Shown in pieces: positions 38,985-49,263 of a DNA stretch of 64,000 nucleotides. Source of the stretch: Candidatus Buchananbacteria bacterium CG10_big_fil_rev_8_21_14_0_10_33_19 (GTDB taxonomy: Bacteria > Patescibacteriota > Patescibacteriia > 2-01-FULL-39-33); the NCBI GenBank assembly GCA_002773855.1, contig PEZY01000012.1, forward strand, positions 161,570-225,569. Reading direction: 5' to 3'. Below the pieces are notes generated by a model. That model had not been told where the DNA came from, ran no database searches, and saw only the letters and a program-made list of their open reading frames with translations. Made by a program: the position numbers and the translations under genes. Numbering within the stretch: the first letter of the stretch is position 1; the number at the start of each line of letters is the position of its first letter.

Positions 38985-39656
38985 TCAAAGATAGAGATAG
39001 TATTTCCCTGGACTTGAATCAGGGAAGAAATTTCTGCAGGAGTCATGACTACGAAAGAAATATTTAATGACTTCAAAAAGAAAACTACAGTAGTTAAATG
39101 TTGGACTAGTACCATATCTAGCTACAATCTCTTCAATGGTCAGCCACTCTTGATTGTTTACCTCACCATCGGTTTCTTGATGCTGTAGTATGTCCTTTGT
39201 GTAGGCAATGAATAATGTTAAGACAAATGGAGCAGTAGGCTCTGCTTGTTCTTTCAATATGTCCAATATTAATGTGGGGTTCTGTACATCAGTTGGATTG
39301 TCTTTTAGATACATATTTGAGCGATAGAGCTCTGGACCAAACATAGCCACAAATTGTACATCATCTGTGTTAAATGCGAAACCAGTCTCTTCTCTGATTT
39401 CTCGCACTGCTGCTGATTTGGCGTTTATATCTGTGACATCAAAATGACCACCGTGGTGGATCTGGTAGTGGCCTTTGGCCGCACCCTTGACTCTCTGAGT
39501 TACTAAAAATTCAAACGGTAATAAAGGTAATTGAGGATTATTGTTTTTGCCCGTACTTAGTCGATATAAAATAGTAGCTACCACTGAGTGGGCTATTGGA
39601 TTTTTCCAATTTTTAGTTTTTTCATCTTGCATGGATTTCGTCAGTTCTTCAAACAT
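38985..39656 (-). CDS. NUDIX hydrolase with C-terminal extension
   Basis: Nudix box GHFDVTDINAKSAAVREIREETGF. The gene is visibly GC-richer than its neighbours. Confidence 0.65.
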   Translation of the reverse strand: MFEELTKSMQDEKTKNWKNPIAHSVVATILYRLSTGKNNNPQLPLLPFEFLVTQRVKGAAKGHYQIHHGGHFDVTDINAKSAAVREIREETGFAFNTDDVQFVAMFGPELYRSNMYLKDNPTDVQNPTLILDILKEQAEPTAPFVLTLFIAYTKDILQHQETDGEVNNQEWLTIEEIVARYGTSPTFNYCSFLFEVIKYFFRSHDSCRNFFPDSSPGKYYLYL

Positions 39657-39739
39657 TGGAGTATACCTTTCCTTTTGGTTGATTTGTAATGTACACTTTA
39701 TGAAATAATATACACTATGATAGTGTTTCTGTCAATGTA

Positions 39740-40855
39740 TTATAAATTATAATATTTAATATAACTATCTATAGTTTTATTCCAGGTAAAAGTGTTGGCA
39801 AATGATTTGGCTTTTTCTCCCATGGTTTTTCTAAGAGATTCATTGGATATTAAGTAGTTAATTTTTTGAGCTAGTAATTCAATGTTGTTTTGAACAATTA
39901 AATACCCAGTTTGACCGTCAACAATAGCGTCTTCAGCGCCACAATTACTAGAACCGATTGACGGTACACCAAATAGACCAGCTTCGATATAAACCAAACC
40001 AAAACCCTCGTAGTGTTTATTGTCATTAATTGATGAGAGTATTAGTAACTTGGCTTTGGTATATAGAGCTTTTAGATTGTTATCACTGATACCAGATAAG
40101 AATATAATTTTGTCAGACACAGAATGTTTATCGGCTAATTCTTTTAATTCATTGAAATAGTTAGAATTAAATTGATAGCCAACAATAACATAATACAAAT
40201 CCTGGTGGTCTTTGGCTACTTTGGCAAAAGCTGGGATAGATATGTGGTAGCCTTTTCTGGGTTTTAAATCGCCAACACTCAATATAAAATTATATGGAAT
40301 ATCATCGTTGTTTGCTGGTGACGTTTTTAAATCTAAAATATCATGATTGACTCCCATATAAACAACTTCAATATTTGATAAATTAATTTTTGATTTTAAT
40401 TTATCAGCTGTAAATTCACTAATAGAAAAAATTTTCTTAGCCTTGGTGTAGGCTTTTTTTAGTAACCAACCAAAATATATATTGTCGAGGGGGGTAGTAG
40501 TATAAGTGCCAATAGCGGTGATATAAAATTTTTGTTTTCTTCTACCGAGCGATGCTAAATAGGCAATGATGCTATACGGATAACCGTCTAGGGCGTGAAT
40601 TATTTCGCAGTTTTTAGAAATTTTTCTAATATATAAAACATTAGGTATTATGTTTTTTATAAAAGATAGATTGCTATCGATTTTTTTAAATCTGAATTCA
40701 CTAGATTCATCATCAGTAATCACTGTTACATTAATTGATGGTCTAGTTTTTAATTCTTTGTAGACTTCAAGAGAATACCTGGCCCAACCGCCATAGCCCT
40801 CTTTAATAGATGAAGTTAAAATACAAATATTCATGTTCTTATTGTCCTCGACCAT
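39740..40855 (-). CDS. Glycosyltransferase family 4
   Basis: EGFGLVYIEAGLFGVPSIGSSNCGAEDAIVDGQTGY. Confidence 0.75.
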   Translation of the reverse strand: MVEDNKNMNICILTSSIKEGYGGWARYSLEVYKELKTRPSINVTVITDDESSEFRFKKIDSNLSFIKNIIPNVLYIRKISKNCEIIHALDGYPYSIIAYLASLGRRKQKFYITAIGTYTTTPLDNIYFGWLLKKAYTKAKKIFSISEFTADKLKSKINLSNIEVVYMGVNHDILDLKTSPANNDDIPYNFILSVGDLKPRKGYHISIPAFAKVAKDHQDLYYVIVGYQFNSNYFNELKELADKHSVSDKIIFLSGISDNNLKALYTKAKLLILSSINDNKHYEGFGLVYIEAGLFGVPSIGSSNCGAEDAIVDGQTGYLIVQNNIELLAQKINYLISNESLRKTMGEKAKSFANTFTWNKTIDSYIKYYNL

Positions 40856-42173
40856 TAACTACAACTTTAATTGTTTTGAGTATAATGCTTAGATCTAATA
40901 TTAGAGATCTATTTTTTATATAGTATAAATCGTATTTTAATTTTTCTAGTGACTCTTCTTTAGAGCCACCATAAGCTGGTCCATATAATTGAGCCCAGCC
41001 AACTAAGCCCGGTTTGACTAGTAAACGTTCTTTATAGAAGGGTATTTCTTTTTCTAAAATTTCTACAAATTCTGGTCGCTCTGGTCTGGGACCGACAAAA
41101 CTCATTTCTCCTTTGAGTACGTTTATTAATTGTGGTATTTCATCAATCCTAGTCTTCCTCATAAATAATCCAAATTTGGTAACACGTTTGTCATTTTTTT
41201 GAGCCCACTCGGCACCATTTTTTTCAGCATTATCTATCATTGATCTAAATTTCATAGCAGTAAATGTCTTGCCGTTCTTGCTAGTCCTTATTTGTTTAAA
41301 AATAATGGGACCAGGACTTTCTAGTCGTATAATCAAAGAAACAATTGGAGTTATTATTAAAGCGAATAGAAGACCTGTTAAGGCTAAAATAATATCTAAT
41401 ATTCTTTTGGTGACTTCGTATAATTTTTTGGAATGTTCTGATAGATTCTCTAAAAACCAACTATGGTCTATATGCTCGACAGGTATTTTATTGGTAATTT
41501 GCTCATAGAAACTATTGATATTATAAACATCTATTTCTAATGATAGACAGTCAAATATTTTTCTAGATGTTGATTCGTCCTTTAGGCTAATAGCGCTAAC
41601 TAAAATATCGATATCTTTTTCTAAACAGAATGTATTCAAATCATCAGGTAGATTTTCTAAAACAGTAACTTGATAGCCAAGTTGTGGCCTTTTTTTGATT
41701 TGTTCTTCTAATTCCGTGCTTAATTTATTTCTTCCAATAATTAAGACTTTATTAGCAATAGCTGACGATTTTATGAATTTATAAAATATTTTACGCCAAG
41801 TAAATATAAGTATAGCTGCTACAATTAAATTTATGATTAATATTCTTTGAGGCTTTAGATTGGCGATGAAAGGTGATAGAAAATAAAATATAGTAACAGC
41901 AATAGCCCCATTGATGACAAATATTTTGGCTAGTGAGTTAAATAGAGATGAATTATTGTAACTAGTTTTTAGGTCATAGAGGTCATTAATAAAGAAAACA
42001 ATTATCCAGGTTAAAAAAACTACAGAAAACAATAATAAATGCCTTGACCAAGTTTCTTGTTCAATTAAATAGCCATATCTAATGATCAGTGTTAAGTATA
42101 GAGACAAGTAAAAAAAACCAATATCGCCTATTAGTAGGGTTATTTTTTTAGTTTTGGTGACAAAGCTGGACAT
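40839..42173 (-). CDS. Polyprenyl-phosphate glycosylphosphotransferase (WbaP/CpsE-like bacterial sugar transferase), priming enzyme
   Basis: TM N-terminus. C-terminal RILDIILALTGL ... GPIIFKQIRTSKNGKTFTAMKFRSM ... DEIPQLINVLKGEMSFVGPRP. Confidence 0.85.
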   Translation of the reverse strand: MSSFVTKTKKITLLIGDIGFFYLSLYLTLIIRYGYLIEQETWSRHLLLFSVVFLTWIIVFFINDLYDLKTSYNNSSLFNSLAKIFVINGAIAVTIFYFLSPFIANLKPQRILIINLIVAAILIFTWRKIFYKFIKSSAIANKVLIIGRNKLSTELEEQIKKRPQLGYQVTVLENLPDDLNTFCLEKDIDILVSAISLKDESTSRKIFDCLSLEIDVYNINSFYEQITNKIPVEHIDHSWFLENLSEHSKKLYEVTKRILDIILALTGLLFALIITPIVSLIIRLESPGPIIFKQIRTSKNGKTFTAMKFRSMIDNAEKNGAEWAQKNDKRVTKFGLFMRKTRIDEIPQLINVLKGEMSFVGPRPERPEFVEILEKEIPFYKERLLVKPGLVGWAQLYGPAYGGSKEESLEKLKYDLYYIKNRSLILDLSIILKTIKVVVNGRGQ

Positions 42174-42300
42174 ATTTTTATGAGAAAATTATACCATAAA
42201 ACTATATTTTTTTCAAGTCTATACTGGTGGTTGTAATTAACATTTTATTTCTATTAATTTAATTGTTTTGATATAATTACAAAATACTTAAAATGATTTA

Positions 42301-43998
42301 ATGTCTATAAATAACTTTAAAATAATTTTGGCTTTGACTGTCTTGGGGTTTTTAGTGTCAGTAAATTTGGCTTTTGCCTATGTGCCGTCAGATCCAATGT
42401 ATAATCTTCAAAGTGAATATTTAAATTATTTAAATATTCCTAAGGCTTGGGATATTGCTCGTGGTGAAAAAGTAGTGGTGGCTGTGTTGGATTCCGGAGT
42501 AGATATTAATAATCCTGATATTACTTTTAATATTTGGAAAAATCAGAGTGAGGTCGCTGGTGATAATATTGATAATGATCATAATGGTTATATTGATGAT
42601 GTTTCTGGTTGGGATTTTGTGGATCAAGATAATAATCCATCACCAGTAGTAGATGATGGTTATGACAAATCATCTCTTAACCATGGTACGGCTTTAGCGG
42701 GTATTATTGGTGCGGTAGCCAATAATGGCGTTGGCATTACCGGCATTGCTTTCAATTCTAAAATAATGCCGATTAGAATTTTGAAAAGTAATGGCGAAGG
42801 TTTTGTTGACAGTTTAGTTGAGGCTATGGATTATGCAGTTAAAAATGGTGCTGATATTATCAATTTAAGTTTAGTCGGCTTTGAAAAGAGTGCCGCCTTA
42901 GAAGATGCTATTTTGCGGGCACACAGAAATGGGGTGCTAATAGTGGCAGCTAGTGGCAACTCCGAATCAGGTAAAGAGGCTAGAGATCTTGATTTAGAGC
43001 CCGCCTACCCAGTTTGTTATGGTTTAGACTCCGATAATACAGTATTAGGTGTTGCTTCAATTGGCTTAACAGACGAAAAGTCAGTTTTTTCTAATTATGG
43101 GTCTACTTGTGTGGATGTATCAACTTTGGGAGAAAGATTGATTAGTTTGGCTTATTATAATCCTGGTCAAAATTTAAATGATTATTATTCTTATAACTGG
43201 TATGGCACCTCATTTTCAACGGCCATTGTTTCTGGTATGGCTGCTTTGATTAAATCAAAAAATTTATCTTTGGATGCTAGTGATATTATTAACATACTTG
43301 TAGACAATACCACTGACATTAATGATGTAAATAATCAATTTATAGATAAGCTTGGTAGTGGTAAAGTTAATATAATAGAATCATTAAACAATACATCTCA
43401 AACTATTGGTAAATTAATAAAATTAGATAATTCTAATTCTATTTATTATTTAGATCAAAGTCAGACGAGGCATTTATTTTCTAATCAAAACGTCTTCTTT
43501 AGTTGGTATAATGGTAATTGGAGTGATCAGGATATAGAAATCGTTTCTCAGTCTAAATTTGATACATTTACTGTTGGCAATAATATAGTGATTAGACCGG
43601 GTACCAAGTTAATAAAATTTCAAAATAGTGGTCGGATTTATGCGGTATCGGCTCCCAATGTTTTACATTATGTTGATAATGATGTGTTAAAAAAATTGTA
43701 TGGTGAAGATTATGCCTCTAGATTGGTTACTATGCAAAATTCTTTTGAAGCTGATTATTTTTATGGAGGTAAGTTAGATGGTAGTAGTTATCCAAGCAGT
43801 TCTTTGATTCAGTATAGTAATTCTGATACGATTTGGTATATTGATAACGAAAGTCAAAGAGAATTTTTGGACAATTCTTTCTCTTTGAATAGTTTTAGTG
43901 ATCAAGATGTTATTAGAAATGTTAGTTTAGATTTTTCTTATGAGGTGTCTTCACCAATTAAAAATTTAAATTCTAGTTTATTCCCTTATTTTAAATAG
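42301..43998 (+). CDS. Secreted subtilisin-like serine protease (S8) with C-terminal ~190-aa domain shared with the CDS at 59623
   Basis: Signal peptide. Asp VAVLDSGVD, His HGTALAGIIGA, Ser GTSFSTAIVSGMAAL. Confidence 0.85.
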   Translation: MSINNFKIILALTVLGFLVSVNLAFAYVPSDPMYNLQSEYLNYLNIPKAWDIARGEKVVVAVLDSGVDINNPDITFNIWKNQSEVAGDNIDNDHNGYIDDVSGWDFVDQDNNPSPVVDDGYDKSSLNHGTALAGIIGAVANNGVGITGIAFNSKIMPIRILKSNGEGFVDSLVEAMDYAVKNGADIINLSLVGFEKSAALEDAILRAHRNGVLIVAASGNSESGKEARDLDLEPAYPVCYGLDSDNTVLGVASIGLTDEKSVFSNYGSTCVDVSTLGERLISLAYYNPGQNLNDYYSYNWYGTSFSTAIVSGMAALIKSKNLSLDASDIINILVDNTTDINDVNNQFIDKLGSGKVNIIESLNNTSQTIGKLIKLDNSNSIYYLDQSQTRHLFSNQNVFFSWYNGNWSDQDIEIVSQSKFDTFTVGNNIVIRPGTKLIKFQNSGRIYAVSAPNVLHYVDNDVLKKLYGEDYASRLVTMQNSFEADYFYGGKLDGSSYPSSSLIQYSNSDTIWYIDNESQREFLDNSFSLNSFSDQDVIRNVSLDFSYEVSSPIKNLNSSLFPYFK

Positions 43999-44430
43999 AT
44001 GATTAATTTTTTTAGAAAGAAAGCTAATAGCTTTTATTTATTTAACAAATACCCGGTTACCAAGCAGTTTGTAAAATTTGCCTTGGTGGGTTCTAGTAAT
44101 ATGGTTGTTGATTTTGTGGTTTATTTATTTTTAACTAGAAATCTTCATATGTATTACATAGTGGCTGCAGTAATGTCGTTTGTGGTAGCTGTTACTTGGA
44201 GTTTTTTTCTAAATAGGAAGTGGACATTTAGTCATAATGGCAAAAATACTACTAGTCAATATATAAAGTTTTTTGCAGTTAATACGATAGTAATGGTATT
44301 AAACTTGTCATCTTTATTTATTTTAGTCGATTTATTTAATATCTATGATTTAGTGGCTAAGTTGATTGCGGCGGTATTCTTGGCAATATTAAACTTTTCT
44401 TTAAATAAGGTTTGGACATTTAGGAAATAA
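43999..44430 (+). CDS. GtrA-family membrane protein
   Basis: FVKFALVGSSNMVVDFVVYLFL ... LNRKWTF is the GtrA signature. Confidence 0.7.
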   Translation: MINFFRKKANSFYLFNKYPVTKQFVKFALVGSSNMVVDFVVYLFLTRNLHMYYIVAAVMSFVVAVTWSFFLNRKWTFSHNGKNTTSQYIKFFAVNTIVMVLNLSSLFILVDLFNIYDLVAKLIAAVFLAILNFSLNKVWTFRK

Positions 44431-44446
44431 TCATTAAATTTTTTTA

Positions 44447-44475
44447 TTGACAAATTGTATAATATATGATATATG
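44447..44475 (+). promoter_or_regulatory. Candidate sigma70-like promoter (TTGACA at 44447-44452; TATAAT at 44458-44463, or TATATG at 44470-44475)
   Basis: Perfect -35 and -10 hexamers are present but spaced ambiguously. The site lies upstream of the orphan CDS at 44549. Confidence 0.35.
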
Positions 44476-44548
44476 TTAATTGTTAGCTGTACATTAATAT
44501 AGTCTTGAACATAGTGTTTGGGACAGTAAATACCAGAGGAGACTTCCA

Positions 44549-45007
44549 GTGTCTATGGATGAAAGTGTCGAAAGATTTTTTGATGAGTACAAATTTTTGA
44601 ATAGTTGCTTTAAATTGCATGGAATAGGTAGTGTAGAGATTTCTGATATACAGGTAAAAAAAATGGACAGATATGTGTTGTTTGAGTCCATACGTTATCA
44701 TGTACAGGTTTTTTTACTTGATAAACAGGGTCGGATACTCGAGTCAGTGGGAGTAAGTAGCGGCTTTTGGTCTAATATTCGTTATCGTTTATTCGGTCAT
44801 GGATGTCATACGACAGTTGCCAGACTTTTACGTGATTTGGGTGGTAAAGTAAATGATTTGGGTTATATTGTTCGTTTACAACCATATAGTGAAATGTATA
44901 CCACTATAAATGTGGTAGAGTTATATAAAATTCCTGATGATTTTAATTTTCGGGATATGATGGCTGAGATACAAAAAAACACCCGACTGGAAATGGAAAT
45001 TTGCTAA
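44549..45007 (+). CDS. Hypothetical 152-aa soluble protein (GTG start 7 nt after the RBS AGAGGAG), orphan between GtrA and epimerase genes
   Basis: Own promoter-like site and own terminator, no recognisable motif, slightly elevated GC. Confidence 0.4.
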   Translation: MSMDESVERFFDEYKFLNSCFKLHGIGSVEISDIQVKKMDRYVLFESIRYHVQVFLLDKQGRILESVGVSSGFWSNIRYRLFGHGCHTTVARLLRDLGGKVNDLGYIVRLQPYSEMYTTINVVELYKIPDDFNFRDMMAEIQKNTRLEMEIC

Positions 45008-45021
45008 AAATATGAAATTTT

Positions 45022-45050
45022 GAGGATCATAAAATGTGGTCCTCTTTTTA
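45022..45050 (+). terminator. Intrinsic terminator (GAGGATCA ... TGGTCCTC stem plus T5)
   Basis: Stem-loop plus U-tract immediately after the stop of the 44549 CDS. Confidence 0.55.
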
Positions 45051-45205
45051 ATTCATATTTATTTATCAGTTGATAGTAGGTTGTCTTTTGAGTATCAATC
45101 ATATATACTGGTAGTGATACTGTTAGATAATCAATTATTAAGATTTAATGAAAATTTTATTTTTTTTGATTTTAATTTTAAACTTTATTAATTTTAATTA
45201 ATTTT

Positions 45206-46216
45206 ATGGCTGATCAAGCAATTTTTGACAAGAAAAATATACTTGTCGTTGGAGGGGCTGGTTTTGTTGGGTCTCATCTTTGTGATGAACTAGTAAAAGA
45301 GGCTAAAGTAATTTGTTTAGACAATTTTTTAACTGGTAGTGAATCAAATATCACTCATTTGCATCAAAATTCAAGTTTTGAGTTTATCAATCATGATATT
45401 AATACTTCTATTGAGTTAGAAACAAGGCCAGAGCTTAGAGATTTTAAAATTGAGTTTCAGGGTATTCAGGAAATTTATTTTTTGGCTACACCTGGATCAC
45501 CTAAATTTTATAGTGATTATTCCGTCGAGACTATGATGGTTAATTCATTGGGCTTGAATAATGCCTTGCAAATGGCTTTAAAATATAAAGCTAAGTTAAT
45601 TTATGCTTCTAGTCCAGCTGTTTATGGTGACATAGAAGATGGTCAAAGAGTTAAGGAGGATTATGTGGGTAGTGTTGACCAATTGGGACCTAGAGCGATT
45701 TATTCCGAAGCTAAAAGATTTGGCGAAACATTAGTAAACAACTATAGATTAAAATTTGATCTTGATACTAAGATAGTTAGAATTTTTAATTGCTATGGTC
45801 CGAATATGAAATTAGAGGACGGCAGAATGATTCCAGAATTAATTAAATCGGCTTTAAATAATAGAGACTTAGTAGTGTTTGGTCAAGCCGAAGATATTGG
45901 ATCATATCTATACATATCAGATTTAATTCAGGCTTTAGTTGGCACTATGAATGGTAGCGAATCAGGTCCTATTAATTTAGCTTCTGATGCTAAGTATAAA
46001 TTTTCAGAAATAGCCGATAAAATAATAGAATTAACAGAATCCAGATCAGTTATTACTTATCATGATAGAGAAAGCATAATGGCACCTCAATTTTTAGCCG
46101 ATATAACTTTAGCCAAAGAAAGTCTAGGCTGGTTTCCGATTACTTTATTGGATCAAGGACTTAAGAATACTATTGATTACTTAAGCGCTCAAAAGGGTAT
46201 ATTACAGCCAAAATAA
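45206..46216 (+). CDS. NAD-dependent epimerase/dehydratase (UDP-glucuronate decarboxylase/UXS-like SDR)
   Basis: ILVVGGAGFVGSHLCDEL. YSEAKRFGE (YxxxK). Confidence 0.75.
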   Translation: MADQAIFDKKNILVVGGAGFVGSHLCDELVKEAKVICLDNFLTGSESNITHLHQNSSFEFINHDINTSIELETRPELRDFKIEFQGIQEIYFLATPGSPKFYSDYSVETMMVNSLGLNNALQMALKYKAKLIYASSPAVYGDIEDGQRVKEDYVGSVDQLGPRAIYSEAKRFGETLVNNYRLKFDLDTKIVRIFNCYGPNMKLEDGRMIPELIKSALNNRDLVVFGQAEDIGSYLYISDLIQALVGTMNGSESGPINLASDAKYKFSEIADKIIELTESRSVITYHDRESIMAPQFLADITLAKESLGWFPITLLDQGLKNTIDYLSAQKGILQPK

Positions 46217-46312
46217 ATTTTTAACTTTAAAATTACCGTTCGTTTGAGCGGTTTTTTTATTTGTATTTTGTGGTTTTACATGGCATAATTATAGGGAAAT
46301 AATATTAAGATA

Positions 46313-46975
46313 ATGAAAACTTTAGTTTTAATACCTGCCTATAATGAAGACAAAAAAATAGGTGATGTGGTTTCTGATGTTAAGTCCAAGGGGATTGATG
46401 TTTTGGTTGTTGATGATGGTTCAATGGATCAAACTAGTAGCATCTCTTTAAAAAAAGGAGCCATTGTTCTAAAGCATAAAATCAACAGAGGTCAGGGAGC
46501 GGCTATTGCAACTGGTATTGAATATGCTAAGCGAAATCATTATGAGGTAGTAGTTTTTTTTGACGCTGATGGTCAAATGAAATCAGAAGAGATTAGGAAA
46601 TTAATTGACCCAGTAATCAAAAATGAATCAGAAGTGGTTTTGGGTTCTAGGTTTTTGGGTTTAGCTAAAAATATACCAATTTCTAAATTATTAGTTTTAA
46701 AATTAGCCATACTGTTTACCAGATTAACTACCGGTTTAAAATTGACCGATACCCATAATGGTTTTCAGGCTTGGAGCATGCTGGCTTTAGATAAAATTAA
46801 CTTGACTCAGGATCGTCAAGCTTATGCTTCTGAGTTACTCCAAGAGATTTCTGAAAATAACATAAAATACAAAGAAGTGCCAGTTACTATTGAATATACC
46901 GATTATTCCAAACAAAAAGGACAAAGTATTTTTAATGCTATTAACATTGTTTTTAATTTATTAATTAAAAAATAA
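46313..46975 (+). CDS. GT2 polyprenol-phosphate glycosyltransferase (DPM1-like, short)
   Basis: LVLIPAYNEDKKI ... VVDDGSMDQT ... FDADGQ. Confidence 0.7.
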   Translation: MKTLVLIPAYNEDKKIGDVVSDVKSKGIDVLVVDDGSMDQTSSISLKKGAIVLKHKINRGQGAAIATGIEYAKRNHYEVVVFFDADGQMKSEEIRKLIDPVIKNESEVVLGSRFLGLAKNIPISKLLVLKLAILFTRLTTGLKLTDTHNGFQAWSMLALDKINLTQDRQAYASELLQEISENNIKYKEVPVTIEYTDYSKQKGQSIFNAINIVFNLLIKK

Positions 46976-46981
46976 ATAACT

Positions 46982-47323
46982 ATGCCAATTCAATTCATAT
47001 TAGTGATTTTAATTATTTTGGCAGTTTTAAGATTGCTTTATCAATTAAAAAATAAAAATATTGGCTTTAATCAGTTTTTTACTTGGCTAGTTATTTGGTT
47101 GGTGGCTATTGTAATTATTAGTCAACCAAAAATTACTACCTATTTAGCCACAATAGTTGGCATTGGTCGAGGTGTTGATTTGGCAATTTATGTTTCGATT
47201 ATTGTAATTTTTTATTTAATGTTTAGACTTTTACTGAGAATTGAAAAGATTGAAAAAGATATTACTAAAATTGTTAGGACTGATTCTTTGAAAAAAAATA
47301 ACGATCATGAAAATAAACACTAA
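46982..47323 (+). CDS. Small membrane protein (DUF2304-like GT2 partner)
   Basis: 113 aa, 3 TM segments, directly follows the GT2 gene. Confidence 0.35.
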   Translation: MPIQFILVILIILAVLRLLYQLKNKNIGFNQFFTWLVIWLVAIVIISQPKITTYLATIVGIGRGVDLAIYVSIIVIFYLMFRLLLRIEKIEKDITKIVRTDSLKKNNDHENKH

Positions 47324-48173
47324 ACCAATATTAGTCACCGGATCACATCGGAGTGGTAGTACTTGGGTTGGTCAAATGTTATCTTTACCTTATAATATAA
47401 AGTATGTATCTGAGCCATTTAACCCTAGTTACGGTCTGAGAAAGTTTAAATCATGGTTTGTTTATATTAATAGTAATAATGAAAACAATTATAGATCAGA
47501 AATAAATAAATTATTAAAGTTTAGAGGCAATTACCGTTTTAATTTACCAGCTTTGCGATATTGGTCTAATCTAGTGTGGCCGTTTAATAAGAGAGTGGTA
47601 GTTAAAGATCCGATTGCTTGTTTTTCTAGTCAGTGGTTGTCAGATAATTTTGATATGGAGGTGATTGTTTTGTTTCGTCATCCGGTGGCTTTTTACACAA
47701 GTCTCAAGAGATTGGATTGGCATTTTGATTTTGATAATTTTTTAAATCAGTCGGATTTGATGGCGGATCATTTGGGGTTATTTAGCGATTTGATCAAAAA
47801 AGACAATAAAAGTTATGCCGAAGAGGCGGCAATTTTATGGCTTTGTATTTATCACGTGTTAGATAAATATATTACTAGTCATCCAGATTGGATTGTTAAA
47901 AGGCATGAGGATATATCTACCGATCCGATTAAAGAATTTACAGAGATTTATAGTAAATTAAATTTACCGTTTACTAGTAAAGTGAATAAGAAAATTATTG
48001 AATATTCGTCTGGCAAAAACACCGAACCAACTAAAGTACTAGATTTAAAAAGAGATAGTAAAACAGTAGTCGATCAGTGGTCAAAGCACGCAAGCAGTGA
48101 AGAGATAAAAATAATTAAAAATATTACTGGCGACTTAGCCTTGAAATATTATCCAGAGGATAAATGGCATTAA
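47307..48173 (+). CDS. Sulfotransferase-family protein (PAPS-dependent)
   Basis: 5'-PSB-like motif ILVTGSHRSGSTWVGQML. A downstream R-x-x-x-x-x-x-S motif (FRHPVAFYTS). Confidence 0.6.
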   Translation: MKINTKPILVTGSHRSGSTWVGQMLSLPYNIKYVSEPFNPSYGLRKFKSWFVYINSNNENNYRSEINKLLKFRGNYRFNLPALRYWSNLVWPFNKRVVVKDPIACFSSQWLSDNFDMEVIVLFRHPVAFYTSLKRLDWHFDFDNFLNQSDLMADHLGLFSDLIKKDNKSYAEEAAILWLCIYHVLDKYITSHPDWIVKRHEDISTDPIKEFTEIYSKLNLPFTSKVNKKIIEYSSGKNTEPTKVLDLKRDSKTVVDQWSKHASSEEIKIIKNITGDLALKYYPEDKWH

Positions 48174-48174
48174 T

Positions 48175-49224
48175 ATGAATAAAAAAATTACTATAATTAT
48201 TGTTACTCATAATTCTCGGCATTATTTGCCAGACTGTTTTGATAGTTTAAAGCGTCAAGACTATCCAAATAATTTGGTTAAAATTGTGGTGATTGATAAT
48301 AATTCTACTGACAGTACTGTTGGTTACATAAAAGAAAAAATGCCAGCAGTTAAATTGATTACTAATCGGCAGAACATGGGTTTTGCTACGGCTAATAATC
48401 AGGGTTATTATTTGGCGAAGAAAAATAATTCTGATTATATTGTCTTATTAAATCAAGACACTATTGTCGAAAAAAATTGGCTATCTCACATGGTAAAAAT
48501 TGCTGAAAAAGATCAGCAGATAGCTGCGGTTCAGCCAAAATTATTACTACATCCAGATACTAATAAAATTAATAGTTTTGGTAATAGTGTGCATTATTTA
48601 GGTTTTGCTTTTTGTAATTATTATAAATGTAAGGATAATTTAGGGATTGCTGATTATTTTGATATTCCTTACCCATCAGGAGCGGCTGTTTTAATAAAAA
48701 TGTCAGCTTTAGAGCAGACTGGACTCTTTGATAATAAATTATTTATGTATCATGAAGATGTCGATTTGGGTTGGCGACTTAGACTAGCTGGTTATAGAGT
48801 TGTTTTGGATCCTCTCTCAGTTGTTTATCATAAGTATAGTTATAGTAAGGCCAAGTATAAATTTTATTATATGGATCGTAATCGATTTATTGTGTTGTTA
48901 CAAAATTATCGCTTGTTAACAATTTTGTTAATACTGCCAATGTTAATTTTTATGGAATTAGGCATATTATTTTTCTCCATAAAAAATGGTTGGTTCAAAG
49001 AAAAATTAAAGGGTTATGGCTGGATTATTTTACATTTACCATCAATTTTAATGGAGCGTATAAATGTTCAATTTAAAATTAGAAAAGTTAAAGACAGGGA
49101 AGTGATTAAATATTTTATTGGTGTTATTAAATTTCAAGAAATTGATAATCCTATTTTAAAATTTATAGTGAACCCACTGATGCAAATTTATTGGTTTGTA
49201 ATTAAGAGATTAATTTTTTGGTAA
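48175..49224 (+). CDS. GT2 glycosyltransferase (rhamnosyltransferase-like) with C-terminal TM segments
   Basis: ITIIIVTHNSRHYLPDCFDSLKRQDYP ... VIDNNSTDST. Confidence 0.75.
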   Translation: MNKKITIIIVTHNSRHYLPDCFDSLKRQDYPNNLVKIVVIDNNSTDSTVGYIKEKMPAVKLITNRQNMGFATANNQGYYLAKKNNSDYIVLLNQDTIVEKNWLSHMVKIAEKDQQIAAVQPKLLLHPDTNKINSFGNSVHYLGFAFCNYYKCKDNLGIADYFDIPYPSGAAVLIKMSALEQTGLFDNKLFMYHEDVDLGWRLRLAGYRVVLDPLSVVYHKYSYSKAKYKFYYMDRNRFIVLLQNYRLLTILLILPMLIFMELGILFFSIKNGWFKEKLKGYGWIILHLPSILMERINVQFKIRKVKDREVIKYFIGVIKFQEIDNPILKFIVNPLMQIYWFVIKRLIFW

Positions 49225-49263
49225 TTTGATTAAATTACATTGGTACTTTTTTAGAAAAAGTAC

